64,000 bases of DNA. It comes from Mytilus trossulus (lineage: Eukaryota). The DNA is taken from assembly GCF_036588685.1 (NCBI RefSeq), contig NC_086375.1:69502001-69566000 (forward strand), in the 5' to 3' direction. A program made the position numbers and the translations under genes. Under the pieces are notes generated by a model that was not told the origin of the DNA, searched no databases, and saw only the letters and a list, made by a program, of their open reading frames with translations. Below, in pieces: positions 36,661-50,345 of the stretch (within the stretch, counting starts at the first letter, position 1; each line of letters begins with the position of its first letter).

Positions 36661-39600
36661 ATGGCAGACATAACTGTTGGAATGAATTCCCCATACAAGG
36701 TAAACTATATCAGTTTTCCATATTACTTCTTCACTTTGTTCAATGACGTGATTGCTTTCATGATTCTTAATATAGTAAATTTTAGATGTAACGAAGGAAA
36801 ATACATGGTCGGTTTAGTCGGCAAGAGTACATATTCGCGTATATTTCAATCCAGTTATTAAGCTAGGTTTACACTGCCGATCAGATCAACTCGATGATCC
36901 CGGTTGTCCAAATTTCCACGTCCAAGCTCAACCAAATTCTTGATCGAGCCTGTTTGCGACTTCTACCCGACCGCCATCCGACTATACACGACCTGAACCC
37001 GACCATTCAAGTCTCCTTAATGACTCCATCACGACTCCATCCCGACGACAAAATGATTACTTATTCAATAATTCCGATCAATTTTCGATCTTTACTCGAC
37101 TAGCTAGACCAAATCAACTATTCTCGATCTCAACCTGATCTCGACGAGACCAGATCGACCTGATCGTATATGGGTCTTAGGGATAATCGGGAATTGGTCG
37201 GGTATGTCCGAACGCATGTACGTCCCAACATGACAGAGACAAGTTAATAAATGTGACGGAGCTGCATAGAAGACGAAGAAGATGGTGTAGACATCAACAG
37301 GCGCCGAGAAATCTAGGTGAGGCAGTGGCTGACACAACGACCACTGTGTGGGAAGTTTGAGAGACTTGCACTAACTCAATAAAGAGGAACGCAATGCTTA
37401 TAAAAAACTTCGTTATAGTGAACACTGAAATGCTTTATTGCTCTTTTTTGGAAATGAAACCACCAAATGAGATTTGTCACTGGATTAGTACTTATGTTAT
37501 TTAGCAATATGCAAAAACTTTACCATCCACATTTCCTTGCTTTCTTACAAATAAAAGCGTACTGGTTGTCAAATATATACAATATGTCATATATCTATCA
37601 AGAGATGAAGAGTGCATTTCTTTCTAACAAAAGTTTGGTAAACGTGGTGTGCCGTTTGTTATAGTTTGTTAAACGTAACAGAAGTAGAAACAAATGCATT
37701 GTTCGGTGAGAGGGGAGTGAAATTTTGAGTAATTTTAGACAATTTTTTGAGTTATGACAAGCAAGAACACGTTTAGCTAATTGAATTAATGTTAACGTTA
37801 GAAAGAAATGCATCGTTTGAACTATCAAACGAAGAAAGACAAACTGTAGACGCATTTGCAGCGAGTGTATAGTTTGTCAAAAGTTATGCAAAACTGCAAA
37901 AGTATGTAAGAAACAAATGATCAAAATTAAAGCTCGCTGAACAGTTTGTATCGTAACTGTTAGACGGAATTCGCACCAAATAAAAACAAATATTTGTCTT
38001 TTATCTCATTTTTGTGTGAAATTACGTCAAAAAGTTCGAATGAAAAAAAATTGACTGTAAGGTGACCTATAGTTGTTATCGATAATTTCTGTGTCATTTG
38101 GTGTTCTGCGAAGAGCTGTCTCATTGGAAATTGTACCCAATCTTCTTGTTATGCTACAAACATTTCTGGACAAAACAGAAAATAGCCCATAAAACAGGTA
38201 AAATATTTATCTTGATGTTCTTATAAACCTACTTTGAAAGATAACTTTATAGTCATCAGCAGTCTAACAATGAATATTATTGCACAATTACTTTAATATT
38301 TGAAAATTTCGACGGTGCCAAAATTGCAGGATTTTCTTCCCTTCTGGAACATCTCAGTTCATCCCAGGTTTTGTTTGGTTACGTGTTGCTAAGTTTTTAG
38401 TTTTCTATGGAAGGTGGACTGCTGTTTTTCTTCTCGCCGGTTACCGTTTTTCGCTATGGCTGTTTTGGAATCACTTTAAGTAATTACACCAATCTTCATA
38501 ATTGAACACACTTTACTGTCTCCTTTCATATAGCTGATTCGTCTTGATACTTGGTTTAGTAGTGGAAATTCTGGTGAACGCTATCTCTCATTTTAATTGA
38601 ATATCTCAAATCCTGACATGCTATTTTTTTTAGGACGAATATGTTTACAATTTTAATATCTGATAAAATTCTGGTTGATGTTAAAATGAATATACTGGAT
38701 GGATGTCTTATAAACATATATTTCTCTTATAAATAGATTTCTTAATGAAAAGACCAGTTTGATCTGAAACAAATCTTCTATGATTGAAAATAATTTTCTG
38801 TGTCATCCAAAGTATTCTGTCTCTTTTTTTTTTTACATATTCTTTCTGCAAATTCAGTGCTGGTTTCCGAACATTTAGTATACATTATTTACTTGGTAAT
38901 TTACATGAACATAAAAACTGCTTGTCGCAAAAGAAGATCGAACAATTTTATAAGCAGGTTGCAAAACAGTATAAGCACACGAAAATGGCCGAAAATAAAT
39001 GAAACGAATTACAAGACATAAAGATAAGATTTTTTATTTTTCAGACAAATGATGTCAATATCAAAATGATAGTTTCTGACTAAACTTTGTTTCTTTATTA
39101 TTCTTTTACCTGTAATTGTGAGAAAGAAACATTTATGAAACTCTGTATGTGTAGTGAAAATTTATGGTTAATTCGGGCAAGATATGAGGAAACAAAATCG
39201 ACTAACATGTTACAAAGATAAACACAAATTATACCAGTAAAGTATAATCAAAGGAACGTTATTAGGACAAAAAACAAAACGGATTAAAATACTTTATGAA
39301 TGAAATAATTGAAACAACCTTGTCTAAATTGTGAACAGTAATAATTCTTTATACTTGAACATGTTGAAGGGAGAAATAATCGTCATTATAATTGAATAGT
39401 CATAAATATATTTCTTGATATCGAAGTCATTGTCCTGTGTCATATCAAGTAAATGACACAAAGATTTTAGGGGTATAATAAATGTCCTTCCAATAAATTA
39501 TTATAGTATGGTTTATATAATGGATAATATGACGTCTATTTTCACTGAACTAGTGTACACATTTGAGTTTTGGGGTCAGCTGTATCCATCTTCGGGTACG

Positions 39601-40835
39601 GGATTGTCATTCTCTGTTGAAAACCAAGTGGTGGGCTTCGGCTGTTTTCTGCTCTTTGGTCGGGTTGTTGTCCACATTTCCATTCTCAGTTTTATCAGTA
39701 TAACAGACGATGGCACATGGTTCAAATCGAATTATCTCCCATTAACTAGAAATGAAATCAAGTCTTTTTGGTGTATGCGATGTAGATAAAATGCTAAAAC
39801 GAGATTTAGGTTATTTGATGTTTCTTTACGTCTGTACTATGTAGTGTTAAAATGGAAAAAAATGTGGTCCGCCGACATATTCATTTACAGGAAAAAGTAA
39901 AAAAAAAAAAAAAAAATACAGAACTCCGAGGAAAATTCAAAACGGAAAATCCCTAATCAAATGACAAAATAAAAGAATAAAACACATCAAACGAATTGAC
40001 AACAACTGTTATATTCCTGACTTAGTACAGACATTTTCAGATGTAGAAAATGTTGAATTAAACCAGGTTTAAAAGCTCTAAACCTCTCACTTGTATGACA
40101 GTCTCATCAAGTTTCTTTATATTGACAACGTTGCGTGAAAAAAAATGTCACAAATAGGGGAACATCAGCAACACGACCCCCACCAAAAACTGGGGGTGAT
40201 TACAGGTGCTCCGGAAGGGTATGCAGATCCTGTTCCATATCTGTGACCTGTCGTGTTGCTCATGTTGTTACAAAGCCGATTAATAGTCTAATTCTGTAGG
40301 TCACATTCGTGAAAAGGGAAGGGGATTTAAGCGTCTAATACTTGCTCGTTATGAATGGTAAAAGCGGTATCTAAGATAAGTTATTACTACATTTAAGGCT
40401 GACACGTTTTATATATGTATTATTTATCTTGCTTTATCCAACTAACATATAATACATACACGTAAGTAAGCTATTTCTTTTTATTTGTAGTCAGAATCGA
40501 AAGTTCCAGGATCGAATGCTTATGACAGAAAGAAGACATTTGCTGAGGGATTACTTGATGTAGCTATATTAATTGCTAATGCTACACAGCTTAAGGCTGT
40601 AATATCTAATGGGCCGTCTCATAAATATTACATACCACTATTGGTCCTAATCTCAGTGTCGATTGTTATACAGCTAGTAGTGGCGGTCTTATTGTTAATC
40701 ATAGGAGCCACGGAAAAAAGGGCAGATAATAAAGTATGGCTATATAAAATGAACAATGCAACAATAGGACTTATCGTGGCAATAACAGTAACCAACATTT
40801 TCATCAGTGCATTTGGTATTGAATCTACGAACTGA
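36661..40835 (+). CDS. Ninjurin family protein (NINJ1/2-like), exons 36661-36699 and 40491-40835, 127 aa
   Basis: Exon 2, after a TTTATTTGTAG acceptor: SNAYDRKKTFAEGLLDVAILIANATQLKAVISNGPSHKYYIPLLVLISVSIVIQLVVAVLL...KMNNATIGLIVAITVTNIFISAFG, the ninjurin amphipathic helices plus two TM segments. Exon 1 (MADITVGMNSPYK|GTAAAC) is phase 0 and its donor region is conserved in the duplicate; exon 1 is less certain than exon 2. Confidence 0.85.
36861..37350. mobile_element. GC-rich PIF/Harbinger-like MITE fragment in the ninjurin intron
   Basis: Starts TTA|AGCTAGGTTTACACTGCCG, resembling the 15987 element, and is absent from the paralogous intron at ~43140. No right TIR was found. Confidence 0.45.
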
Positions 40836-43449
40836 AAAATCATCAATAATTTACAAATGCTGCGCATCATAATCTAAAATAGTTTTGAAAAATATATATG
40901 CTTAGTATTTATGTTATCATAATATAAATAACGCAAATTGAAGTTTCACATATTAGTATCATCTGCATTGTATTTTTTGTTGTTGTATTCTATATGTTGT
41001 TTATGATAGGATTACGCTTACGAGATTAAGACAACATTTTTGATAATTAAAATCAAGTCAGAATAAGCTACATACAATTCAAGTTCGTGCTATCACATTG
41101 TAAGATTTTTTTTCATCATTTTGGTAGAACTTCTTTTGATAAAAAAAATATTTTAATTGTGAATTTTCGTATATACATAACACTTTTTTTTGTAGTAATA
41201 CATATTTGTTTTAAAGCTTCAGATAAAACAATAAGATATGAGATGAAGTTTGGCGATTTATTTTATGCGATACGCATACAGAAAACCTAATTGTGTGGCG
41301 TCTGTAACGTACTAGTCTGCAACAAATTTTAGAATCTTTATACTTCATAAACATTGCATCATAGTCTTATCATATATATTTTTTTATTATGTAAGTGAAA
41401 TCATCTTCTCATTGATTCGTTGGAATTAATGATAAGCTTAAGCCTTTTCATGAACCTGTATTTTATGACACCTTATTATTAACTGTCGCATGTATATTCA
41501 TTAAAGTTTGAGTCATATCTTAGATTTAGATAAGATTCATTTAAATTACTGGATCCTTATTAATTTGAAACAACGTATTCTTAAAGGTTGTTAATCTAAC
41601 TCAGTAGTAAAACCATTATAAGATTGTTTTTATTGATCCATTCGTACTTGTTTTTTTTTCGAAAAATTCAATAAAATTAATAATAAATATATATTGCTAT
41701 ATATGCACATTTATGCGAAGTAATATTTTTACATCCTGTTGATACTCTATACTTATAATTTATTTTGGCAATGTTCAAGGTCATATGTTTTCCAGACTGT
41801 TTATGGTGTCTCAGTTACAAAAATGTACGATGCGTACGAATTGGTACTAACATATGAAAGAACAATTTATCTATTAGTTGTAATAATGGCTTTGAATGAC
41901 CTTTCAGTAATAGATGCCAGTACTATCATATCGTTGCTTTGTATCTATTGTTTTTATGTTAATTGTTTTGTGCCTCGTACGTACTGATTGGTTTCAGTCA
42001 ATTGCAACTGTTCTTATATTGTCCTGTCACAAGCAGATATAACCCCGCCACATTATTCATATGCTTGTCTCCAACTAGGAGCCTGTAGAACAAAAGCTGA
42101 CGTTGGTTCATGTCCGTTATATGTGATTTTCGTGAAGTGCTTTGGTAGAAACTTGGCATTCATTTTTTAAGTTTGAATTATTTTACATTTTTTATTTCTA
42201 AGTATTTATCATTGTCGAAGGCCGTACTGTGGCATTTAATTGCTTACTACCACTCTGTTGATTGCTTGTTTTATTCCTTTCTTCCATAACATTTGAACGG
42301 AGAAACAGCAAATATTGCAGTTTTCAAGTCTGGTTTGATCCAGTCCTTGTTCTTCACCTTTATATTGTAGTACGTGCGTACTGGATTTCTTTAAAGTGTG
42401 TTATAAAAGGACTAACAGACCAAAACGTTTTACCATGAATATATTTAGTATCATACTTAAGGGAGATGAACCGTTTTTATGAACATCATCTGTGAATTAT
42501 AAGAAAAAATACATGCATAAAGTAAAATATCACATAAAATCTTTTTTTTCTTCTTCTGCTGAATGTTTCGTTATAGGTTTTAAATAAGGTGATTTAAATC
42601 AAAAAGTACATTCGCACGAAACGATAAATACATGTTTCTTACACTAATGCAAATACATTGCCTTTCATTTAAAGTTATCATTTGGAAATTTTGTAACAGT
42701 TTTAGACTACCTTTGTTCACGGCAGTCATTCGGTATTATAACGAGAAAAAATGTTGTAAAAGAGTAAACGGTGGTCAAGTATTGCGAGAGGGTTGTGAAC
42801 GATCTGGTATAGGATCATGAAGTAAAAAATCTAATTTAGGGAATAAAGTTGACAAACATTGGAAAATTAAACTGTCTGTCGGAATGGTCTAACATTATGA
42901 GCAGTACCTGAGAAAAATCAAGGTTAAAATTCCACCCTTTTTTTTACAAAACTACAAATGGCAGATTGATTTTGAATTTCCCATACAAGGTAAATATAAC
43001 AGTTTTCCATATTACTTCTTCACTTATCAAGGACGCGATTGCTGACATGATTTTTAATATTGCTTTAGATGTAAAGAAAGAAGGTACATGGTCGGTTTAG
43101 TCGGCAAGTGTACTTTGACTTCGAGTATTTTTCAATCCAGTTAAAATACTAAGCGAGTATGAACGTATCTTTTTCTGTGACTTCATGTTCAAAAACTACG
43201 AAGTAACTATAATAATGTGTTACAAATCCTTTGGCAGTGGTCTTTAAAACATAATATGGGGTTTCCATTTGATTTTAATAAGGTTTTACGAAGACTTTGC
43301 ATTCTATGCCTTGCAGTACTTATGTGATCCAAAATGAAAATCACTGCACAGAAGAACACGAAGGCACATTTCATAGAGGACACAGTTAACTAACATAGTG
43401 TGTTATTGAGTTTTGTTTGTTGTATTATGTTTTATGGAGTTAAATACAA

Positions 43450-44097
43450 AGTATATATCTACCAATTGATATTACCGTTGTATTTCCTATCATGATTTCC
43501 TTGATAGAGGATAGCTGCTCACACGGTAGCTATTACACCAAGAGATCCAAATGGTAAAGTTGAAATCATCCTTTCATAAATTTTACGGACGCCATCACGA
43601 GTTGGTTGACTGTTGCGGAACAGGGGCGAATCCAGTAATTTTAAAAAGAGGGGAGTTCCAACCTTGAACAAAGGTGGAAGGGGGTTTCCAACTATATGTC
43701 CCCATTCAAATGCATTAATCGTCCAACAAAAAAGGGGGGATTCCAACCCCTTGATCCGCCACTGTGGAATATCCGTTTCACTGATGACATCGGAAATGTT
43801 TCTTATATCGTAACTGCAATCCCCTTCTCGTTTCACGAAAGTGACCTTCCGAATCAGACTATTTTTGTAATAACATGAGCAACACGATGGGTGATACATG
43901 TGGAGCAGGATTAGACTACCCTTCCAGAGCACCTGAGACCTTTTCATTGGGTTCGTGTTGCTTCGTTATAAGTTTTTTATGTTGTGCTTGTATACTATTA
44001 TACGTCTGTTTTTCATATTGCTTTTTAGCCATGGCGTTGTCAGAGTTTATGTTCGATCTATGAGTTTGAATGTCCCTCTGGTATCTTTCGGTCCTAT
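43450..44097 (+). mobile_element. 3' fragment of a Naiad-type element, interrupted by a small MITE at 43621-43764
   Basis: Homologous to ~29060-29583. The insert has CAGGGGCGAATCCA / TGATCCGCCACTG termini with (C/T)GGAA flanks. Confidence 0.8.
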
Positions 44098-44644
44098 TTT
44101 ATAATCATCTGATGCTTCGCCCATTTAATATTATACTTAATTTCTACATGGAATATGAACTGTTTTTGTACTTTTCATATCATTTTCAACGTAAATATTG
44201 AATCACATTGAGTAAATACACCTATCTTCATAATTGACCATACTTTTCTATCTCCTTTCAGATAGACAATTCGTCGTGTTACTTGGTAAAGCAGTGGAAA
44301 TTCTGGTGAAAACTATATCTCTGCTTAAAAATTGAATATCTCAAATTCTGACATGTTCTCTTTTAGAACGAATATATTTATAATTTCTTCCGATAATATT
44401 CTGGTACTCTTAAAATGAATGTACTGGATAGCTTTCCTATGAATGTATATTTCTCTATTAAATAGATTTCGAAATAAAATGGTCAGTTTGAAATGAAACA
44501 AATATTATATGACTGAAAATACATGTTTTGTCATTTTAGTATCTCTTTCTTCTTTTCATACATGTATTCTTTGCAGCGAGTTTAGTGCTGTTTAGTCAAT
44601 TCGCTGGTGGTCGATTATATTCTGTTGTCCGTATGCTAAGTAAA

Positions 44645-45299
44645 GGTGTTAGACCACCAATTGCTCCCTGCAGTTTAAAACGTATGTAAAAGAAGTCCTA
44701 CTCTGACACAAAATAGTGCTTTTGATATCATTGTTTACCTAAACTAACCAACAAATTGCAGAAATGAAACTTTTGGTGAAAGGGAAATATATTGAGACCA
44801 TTTTGAGCCAAAATTCATTTGTCTATGAGTTTGCGTTAAAAATTCAGGATTAATGCGCTACATACTAGTAATACACTAATTTAAGATTTCCAGAAATCCG
44901 AGAGTTATTTTGGTAGTACCTGTGTTTTCAAAATCAGAAATTTCTTATAAGACTTTGAAGAGGGGGCAATACCTTTTTGTGTTAACCTGTATGGCCCTTT
45001 TCGAGGTGTTGTTAACTGTTATCTGAGATCAATTTAAGCTGTTAACTGTTCAATCCACTTTGTTAACTGTTATCAGCATTTTTGCCTTTTTTGTTAACTG
45101 TTTTTGTGTTAACGGACCTCCTATTGCCTCCCTCTGAAAACTGGTTGGAAATTGGCATGTAGAAAGGTGATACATGTACAATTCAGGATATACCTGGTTT
45201 CTTTGAAGTTAACTTAATAAGGTAAAATATTTAGAAAGCTGTGAAAATTACAAAATTTGGTTGAACAGATAGGGATTTTTAATAGGTGGTCTGACACCT
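44645..45299. mobile_element. MITE with a nested Sola2-like mini-element at 44960-45134
   Basis: Outer TIR AGGTGTTAGACCACC / GGTGGTCTGACACCT. Inner TIR GAGGGGGCAATA / TATTGCCTCCCTC, with a 4-bp TSD TGAA and GTTAAC repeats. Confidence 0.72.
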
Positions 45300-48200
45300 A
45301 AATGTGATTTACTCTGTATTATACAAAAAAAAACTACTTATCTGAAAACAATAATGCCTGAAAATAAATGACACTCGTTACAAGACATAACTCTAACAAT
45401 TTATTTTTCAAACTTTTCAAATGATGTCAATATCAAAATGATCTGTTCAGACTAAACTTAGTTTCTTTTATTCTTTTACCTATAATTGTAAAAAAACTAC
45501 GTATGTTTAATTCGTGGTTATGGCTTATTCAGGTACGAAAAGAGGAAACAAAATCGACTAACATGTATCAAAGATGAACACTTTCTGTATACCAGTAAAG
45601 TATATCCAAGGAATGTTATTTGGACAAACATTGCCAATAACTGAAAAATACATAGAACGGATAAAAAGACTTTATGAATGTTATAAATGAAACAACATTG
45701 TCGAAATTATAAACACTAAATTCTTTTGACTTGAGCATGTAAAAGAGAGAAACAAATTTGTCATTGATTTTTAACAGTCATATACATTTTTTGATTTCGA
45801 AGTCGTTGTCCTATGCCATATTTAAAAGTAAATTACACAAAGAATTTTGGGGGGTATAATAAACTTCCTTCAATAAATTATACTTGACTTCAGAATGGTT
45901 AGTATATTGAATAATATGACGTCCATTTTCAATGAACTAGTTTATGGGTTAGCTGAAGCCCACATCAGGGTGCGGGGGTTTCTCGCTGTGTTGAAGACCC
46001 AGTTGTGGGCTTCGTCTGTTTTCTGCTCTTTGGTCGGGTTGTTGTCTCTTTTTTTACCCCATTTCCATTATCAATTTTATCAGTAAAATGGATAATGGCA
46101 CATGGTTTAAATTGGATTACCTTCCATTAGCTAGAAAGGAAATTCTTATACTCATAAGAAAACATTAAAAATCCTTTTTAAGATACTTAGATGCAGTTAA
46201 GGTTAATTTGATTTTTCCATACCTCTGTACTTTGAAGTGATACTAATCAAGTAAAATGGTCAAAATTGGGGTCCGCTGTCATATTCATTTACAGGAATTT
46301 AGCGTCTGATACTTGTTCATCGAAAGAAGTCAAGATTCAATATGTAACAATTCAATTATCAGAGCCATTTTAATCCGTATAAATTAAATGTATTGTAAAT
46401 TCAAATCAAACTTTGATGTTGACTTTCAAAAAGCATTGTTTTTTAAAAGGTATTGTAAGAACGCTCACATCGTAGTTGCAACCGTCTCTGATGTATATTT
46501 GTCTTATTGGCAATCATGATACATCTTGTTTTTATATAACTGGCAAAAGCGGCATCTAAGGTGAGGTTAAGTACATTTTAATGCTAGCACTTTTTGTATC
46601 TGTAATATTTCTCTTGTATTATCCAATAAGCACATGTATATGCGTATGTAAGCTGAACTTATTTCATTTTATTTGTAGTCGGAGTCGAAAGTACCAGGAT
46701 CGAATGCTTATGACAGAAAGAAGACATTTTTAATAAACTATTGAATCTTTGCCAAGGGATTACTTGATGTAGCTTTATTAATTGCTAATGCTACACAGCT
46801 TAAGGCTGTAATATCTAATGGGCCGTCTCAAAATATTACATACCACTATTGGTCCTAATCTCAGTGTCCATTTTTATTCAGCTAGTAGTGGCGGTCTTAT
46901 TGTTAATCATAGGAGCCGCGGAGAAAAAGGCAGATAATAAAGTATGGGTACATAAAATGAACAATGCAACAATAGGACTTATCGTAGCAATTACAGTAAC
47001 TAACATTTTCATCAGTACATTTGGTGTTGAATCTACGAACTGAAACATAATTAATAAATGCTGCGCATCATAATCTAAAATCGTTTTAAAAAATAGATTT
47101 GCTTAGTATTCATTGTATAGTTATATCAAATAATGCATATTAAAGGTTCGCATGTATTGTAAACAATCCTTTGGTCGTGCAATTTATTTTCATTTTGAAT
47201 TCTATATGTTATTTATGATAGGATTAAGATTGGATGAAAGAAGTTTGCTACTCAGTTTCAAAATAACAAGCTTTTCATAACACTAGTATACATTGTTATG
47301 GGATAAAAAAGAAAGGAACCAAAAAAAGCACAAAATGTAAAAAAAAAAATGTAGGTTAATGTGCTTGTCTTGGAGTTACTAGCCATAGAAATTTTGGCGG
47401 GAAAATGTTCTCTCTTGATTTTTCATAGCTTTATTATGGAAAGGTTTAAGTTCTCAAAAACAATTAAAAAATAACAAAGATTTTATTAGACTTTTACAGA
47501 TGGCTTATAATTATACATGTAAAAGATTTATAAAGAGAAAACTATGGATCAATGGGCAAAAAATGTTAAGGCATTCAAATAGATAAATTCCGAAAATCAG
47601 ACAAAGATTCGAAAACATGACAAGCAAACATCCTTAACAAAACTTTGCTATACAGTCTAATTAAACCTTTCCAATTTGATGCTCTCAAACTGTTAAGCGC
47701 TTTTATCATTAGGCAGAACTTCTTTGCAAAAAAAGCATTAATTTAAAATTTTCGTATAAACAAAACTATTTTTTGTAGTGATACTTAATTTAACTTCTAA
47801 TGGAGATAATTTTCATATTAAAACAACAAGATATGAGATGAAGTTTTGATCACTTGTCCAATGCAATACGCTTACAGTAAAAATAACGTGTGGCTTCTTT
47901 AATGCCTCTGTCTGCAACAAATCTAAGAATCATATAATTACAGCATATAATACATGTACATAAAATCCTAGTCTTATCATATATATTTTATTATATAAGT
48001 GAAATCATCTTCTCAGTGATTTGTTGGAATTATTCATACGCTTAAGCCTATTACCTAACTTTTATGTTAAGACACCTTAGTAACTGTCGCATGTGTATTC
48101 ATTTAAGTGTGTGTCATGTTTTAGTTTTATATACGATTCATGCAACTTAATATTGTTAAAGTAATTTAACACAGTAGTACAATCTTTAAATATTGTTTTT

Positions 48201-49971
48201 ATTGGTACTCACATTGTTTTTTTTAAATAATTAAAGCATTACTAAAAATATTGCTATATATGCAGTTATGCGAACTAAATACTCCTACATCCTGTTGATA
48301 CTGTTTACATAATATTTATTTTTGACAATGCACAAGGTTATATGTTTCTCAGAGTTTTTATGGCGTCTCAGTTACATAAACACCTTTGGATGCGTTCTGA
48401 TTGATACTGTAGTCTTGGAGAGCATAATCTAAGTATTAGTTTACTTATAAAAGAGGGACAAAAGATACAAGAGGGACAGTCAAACTCATAAATTGAAAAG
48501 GAAATTGACAACGCCATATGACTAAAGTAAAAAAAAAAATATTATTAACTACGAGTACTCTTATATTGGTGCTTTGTATTTCTCTCATGTTTGATTTTTC
48601 TTAAATTGTTTTGCTAAAAATTAGGCATTCAGTTTTTACGTTTGAATCGTTGCACATTGTTCATGATAAGGCCTTTCGTAACCAACGATACGGTTTAAAG
48701 TTGTTATCATTTTTGAAGGCTGTACTATGGCCTTTAATTGTATATTTCTACTTCATTTGAACGCTGGTGAATTGTTGTCTAATCAAACCAAATGTCTTTT
48801 TATTTTTTATATTGAACACTTTTAGCGGTTTACTATTGTTGCATATTTGCGTGTTTAATTCTAAGAAATAACGAAAAAATGGAGAATTTTTTTTAATAGA
48901 AAATAAGGGAAACTCTTCACAGTGTACGCTGACGACCGAAATTTTAGAAATACGAATATATATAAATAATGTCTTTAATACAATGAGAAGGATTTCAAGC
49001 ATATGTTTTCATTAGTCTGCCTGGTATGGATCAGACAAAATGTTCCATGATTTCTCTCTAGACATGGATTCAAGTAGCGGGTAACGTACAACAATATGCA
49101 TCCAACATTTCAATTATCCCACAAGTTTAGTGAATACTTACCCAATAAACTACATGTTACATGGTTAATTCCCTTGAATGGAAAAGAGGAGTCAGAACAA
49201 TGAACATTTTTATTCTTTTTCAGCATTATACAAATATAATTCAATTTTACAAACCAGTCTGACGCATGTATAATTCAAATTTTATTGTTATCTTTTATAA
49301 CATTTGCATAGAGAATCAGCAAATACACGTTTTTAACTTGGTCTGGTTTCAATCCGGTCCTTGTTCTTCACTTTTATATTATAGTACGTGCATACTGGAC
49401 TTCTTTTAAGTGTGTTTTAAAAGGACTAAAAAATCAAAACAGTTTACCATTAATTGAAACATACTTAAGTGAGATGAACCGTTTTATGATTAAACATCAT
49501 CTGTGAATTTGAAGGAAAAGAAAATGCATAAAGTAAAATATCACATAAAATCTGTTTTTGAAAGTTTATTGTAATGAACTAAATCAGACGATTTAAATCA
49601 GATAGTACATCTGCGTGAGACGAACAAGTATAAATACATGTACCTTACGCCTATGCAAATTTTGTAACATTTTAAGACTACCTTCTAGATCAACTATTAT
49701 TACCGACTACTTGCCTAATAGCATCATCTGTCCGTCCTGCATACATTTATATATTTTATAAAAAGCGAAGAGTGTCTCTTCTGACTCCCGTGAATTATTA
49801 TGCACATTCATATCTACAAAACAAAAATACTGGTAGAAAAACTAAAGAACAAAAGCTGTCAAGTTTCTGACTTGGTGCAGACATTTTACTAAGAAAATAA
49901 ACCATGTTTTCGAGCAAGATAACAGGTCCGCTTGTATGACAGTTGTTTAATGTTCCGTGAAAGTTACAATA

Positions 49972-50345
49972 GAATTAACGGCACCAATTTTTCTTGCACC
50001 AGATGCGCATTTCGACAATACATGTCTCTTCAGTCATGCTCATGGCCAAAATATTTGAAATCCAAAGTTTATATAAAAGATGAAGAGCTATAATCCAAAA
50101 GGTCCAAAAAGTATATCCGTGAAAGGAATCAAAGCTTTGCATGAGGGAGATATATTCCTTAATTTATAATAATTTCTAAAATTTTGTAACAGCAAATTTT
50201 TATAACACAAAATAATCCGTATTTACATGCCAGTACCGAAGTACTGGCTACTGGGCTAATGATGCCCTCGGGGACTAATAGTCCACAAGCAGAGGCATCG
50301 ACCCAGTAGTAGTAATATAATTAACGGTACCAATTTTCTTGCACC
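49972..50345 (-). mobile_element. Retrozyme monomer, second subfamily (hammerhead core CTGAAGA...GAAA)
   Basis: Minus strand reads GAGCATGA-CTGAAGA-GACATGTATTGTC-GAAA-TGCGCATC at ~49995-50041. AATTAACGG(C/T)ACCAATTTT...CTTGCACCA is repeated ~346 bp later. Confidence 0.78.

Larger units (their letters stand above)
42958..47043 (+). pseudogene. Ninjurin pseudogene (tandem duplicate), exons 42958-42989 and 46679-47043
   Basis: Exon 1 is shortened (ATG GCA GAT TGA). Exon 2 has a 21-bp insertion carrying an in-frame TGA (~46729-46749) and a 1-bp deletion at ~46830; the rest is nearly identical to copy 1. Confidence 0.87.
36661..49685. repeat. Tandem duplication of the ninjurin locus (~36661-42714 vs ~42958-49684)
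   Basis: Colinear non-coding homology blocks: 38480-38840/44215-44590, 39000-39890/45370-46295, 40360-40990/46545-47220, 41100-41830/47690-48380, 42285-42714/49295-49684. Confidence 0.85.
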
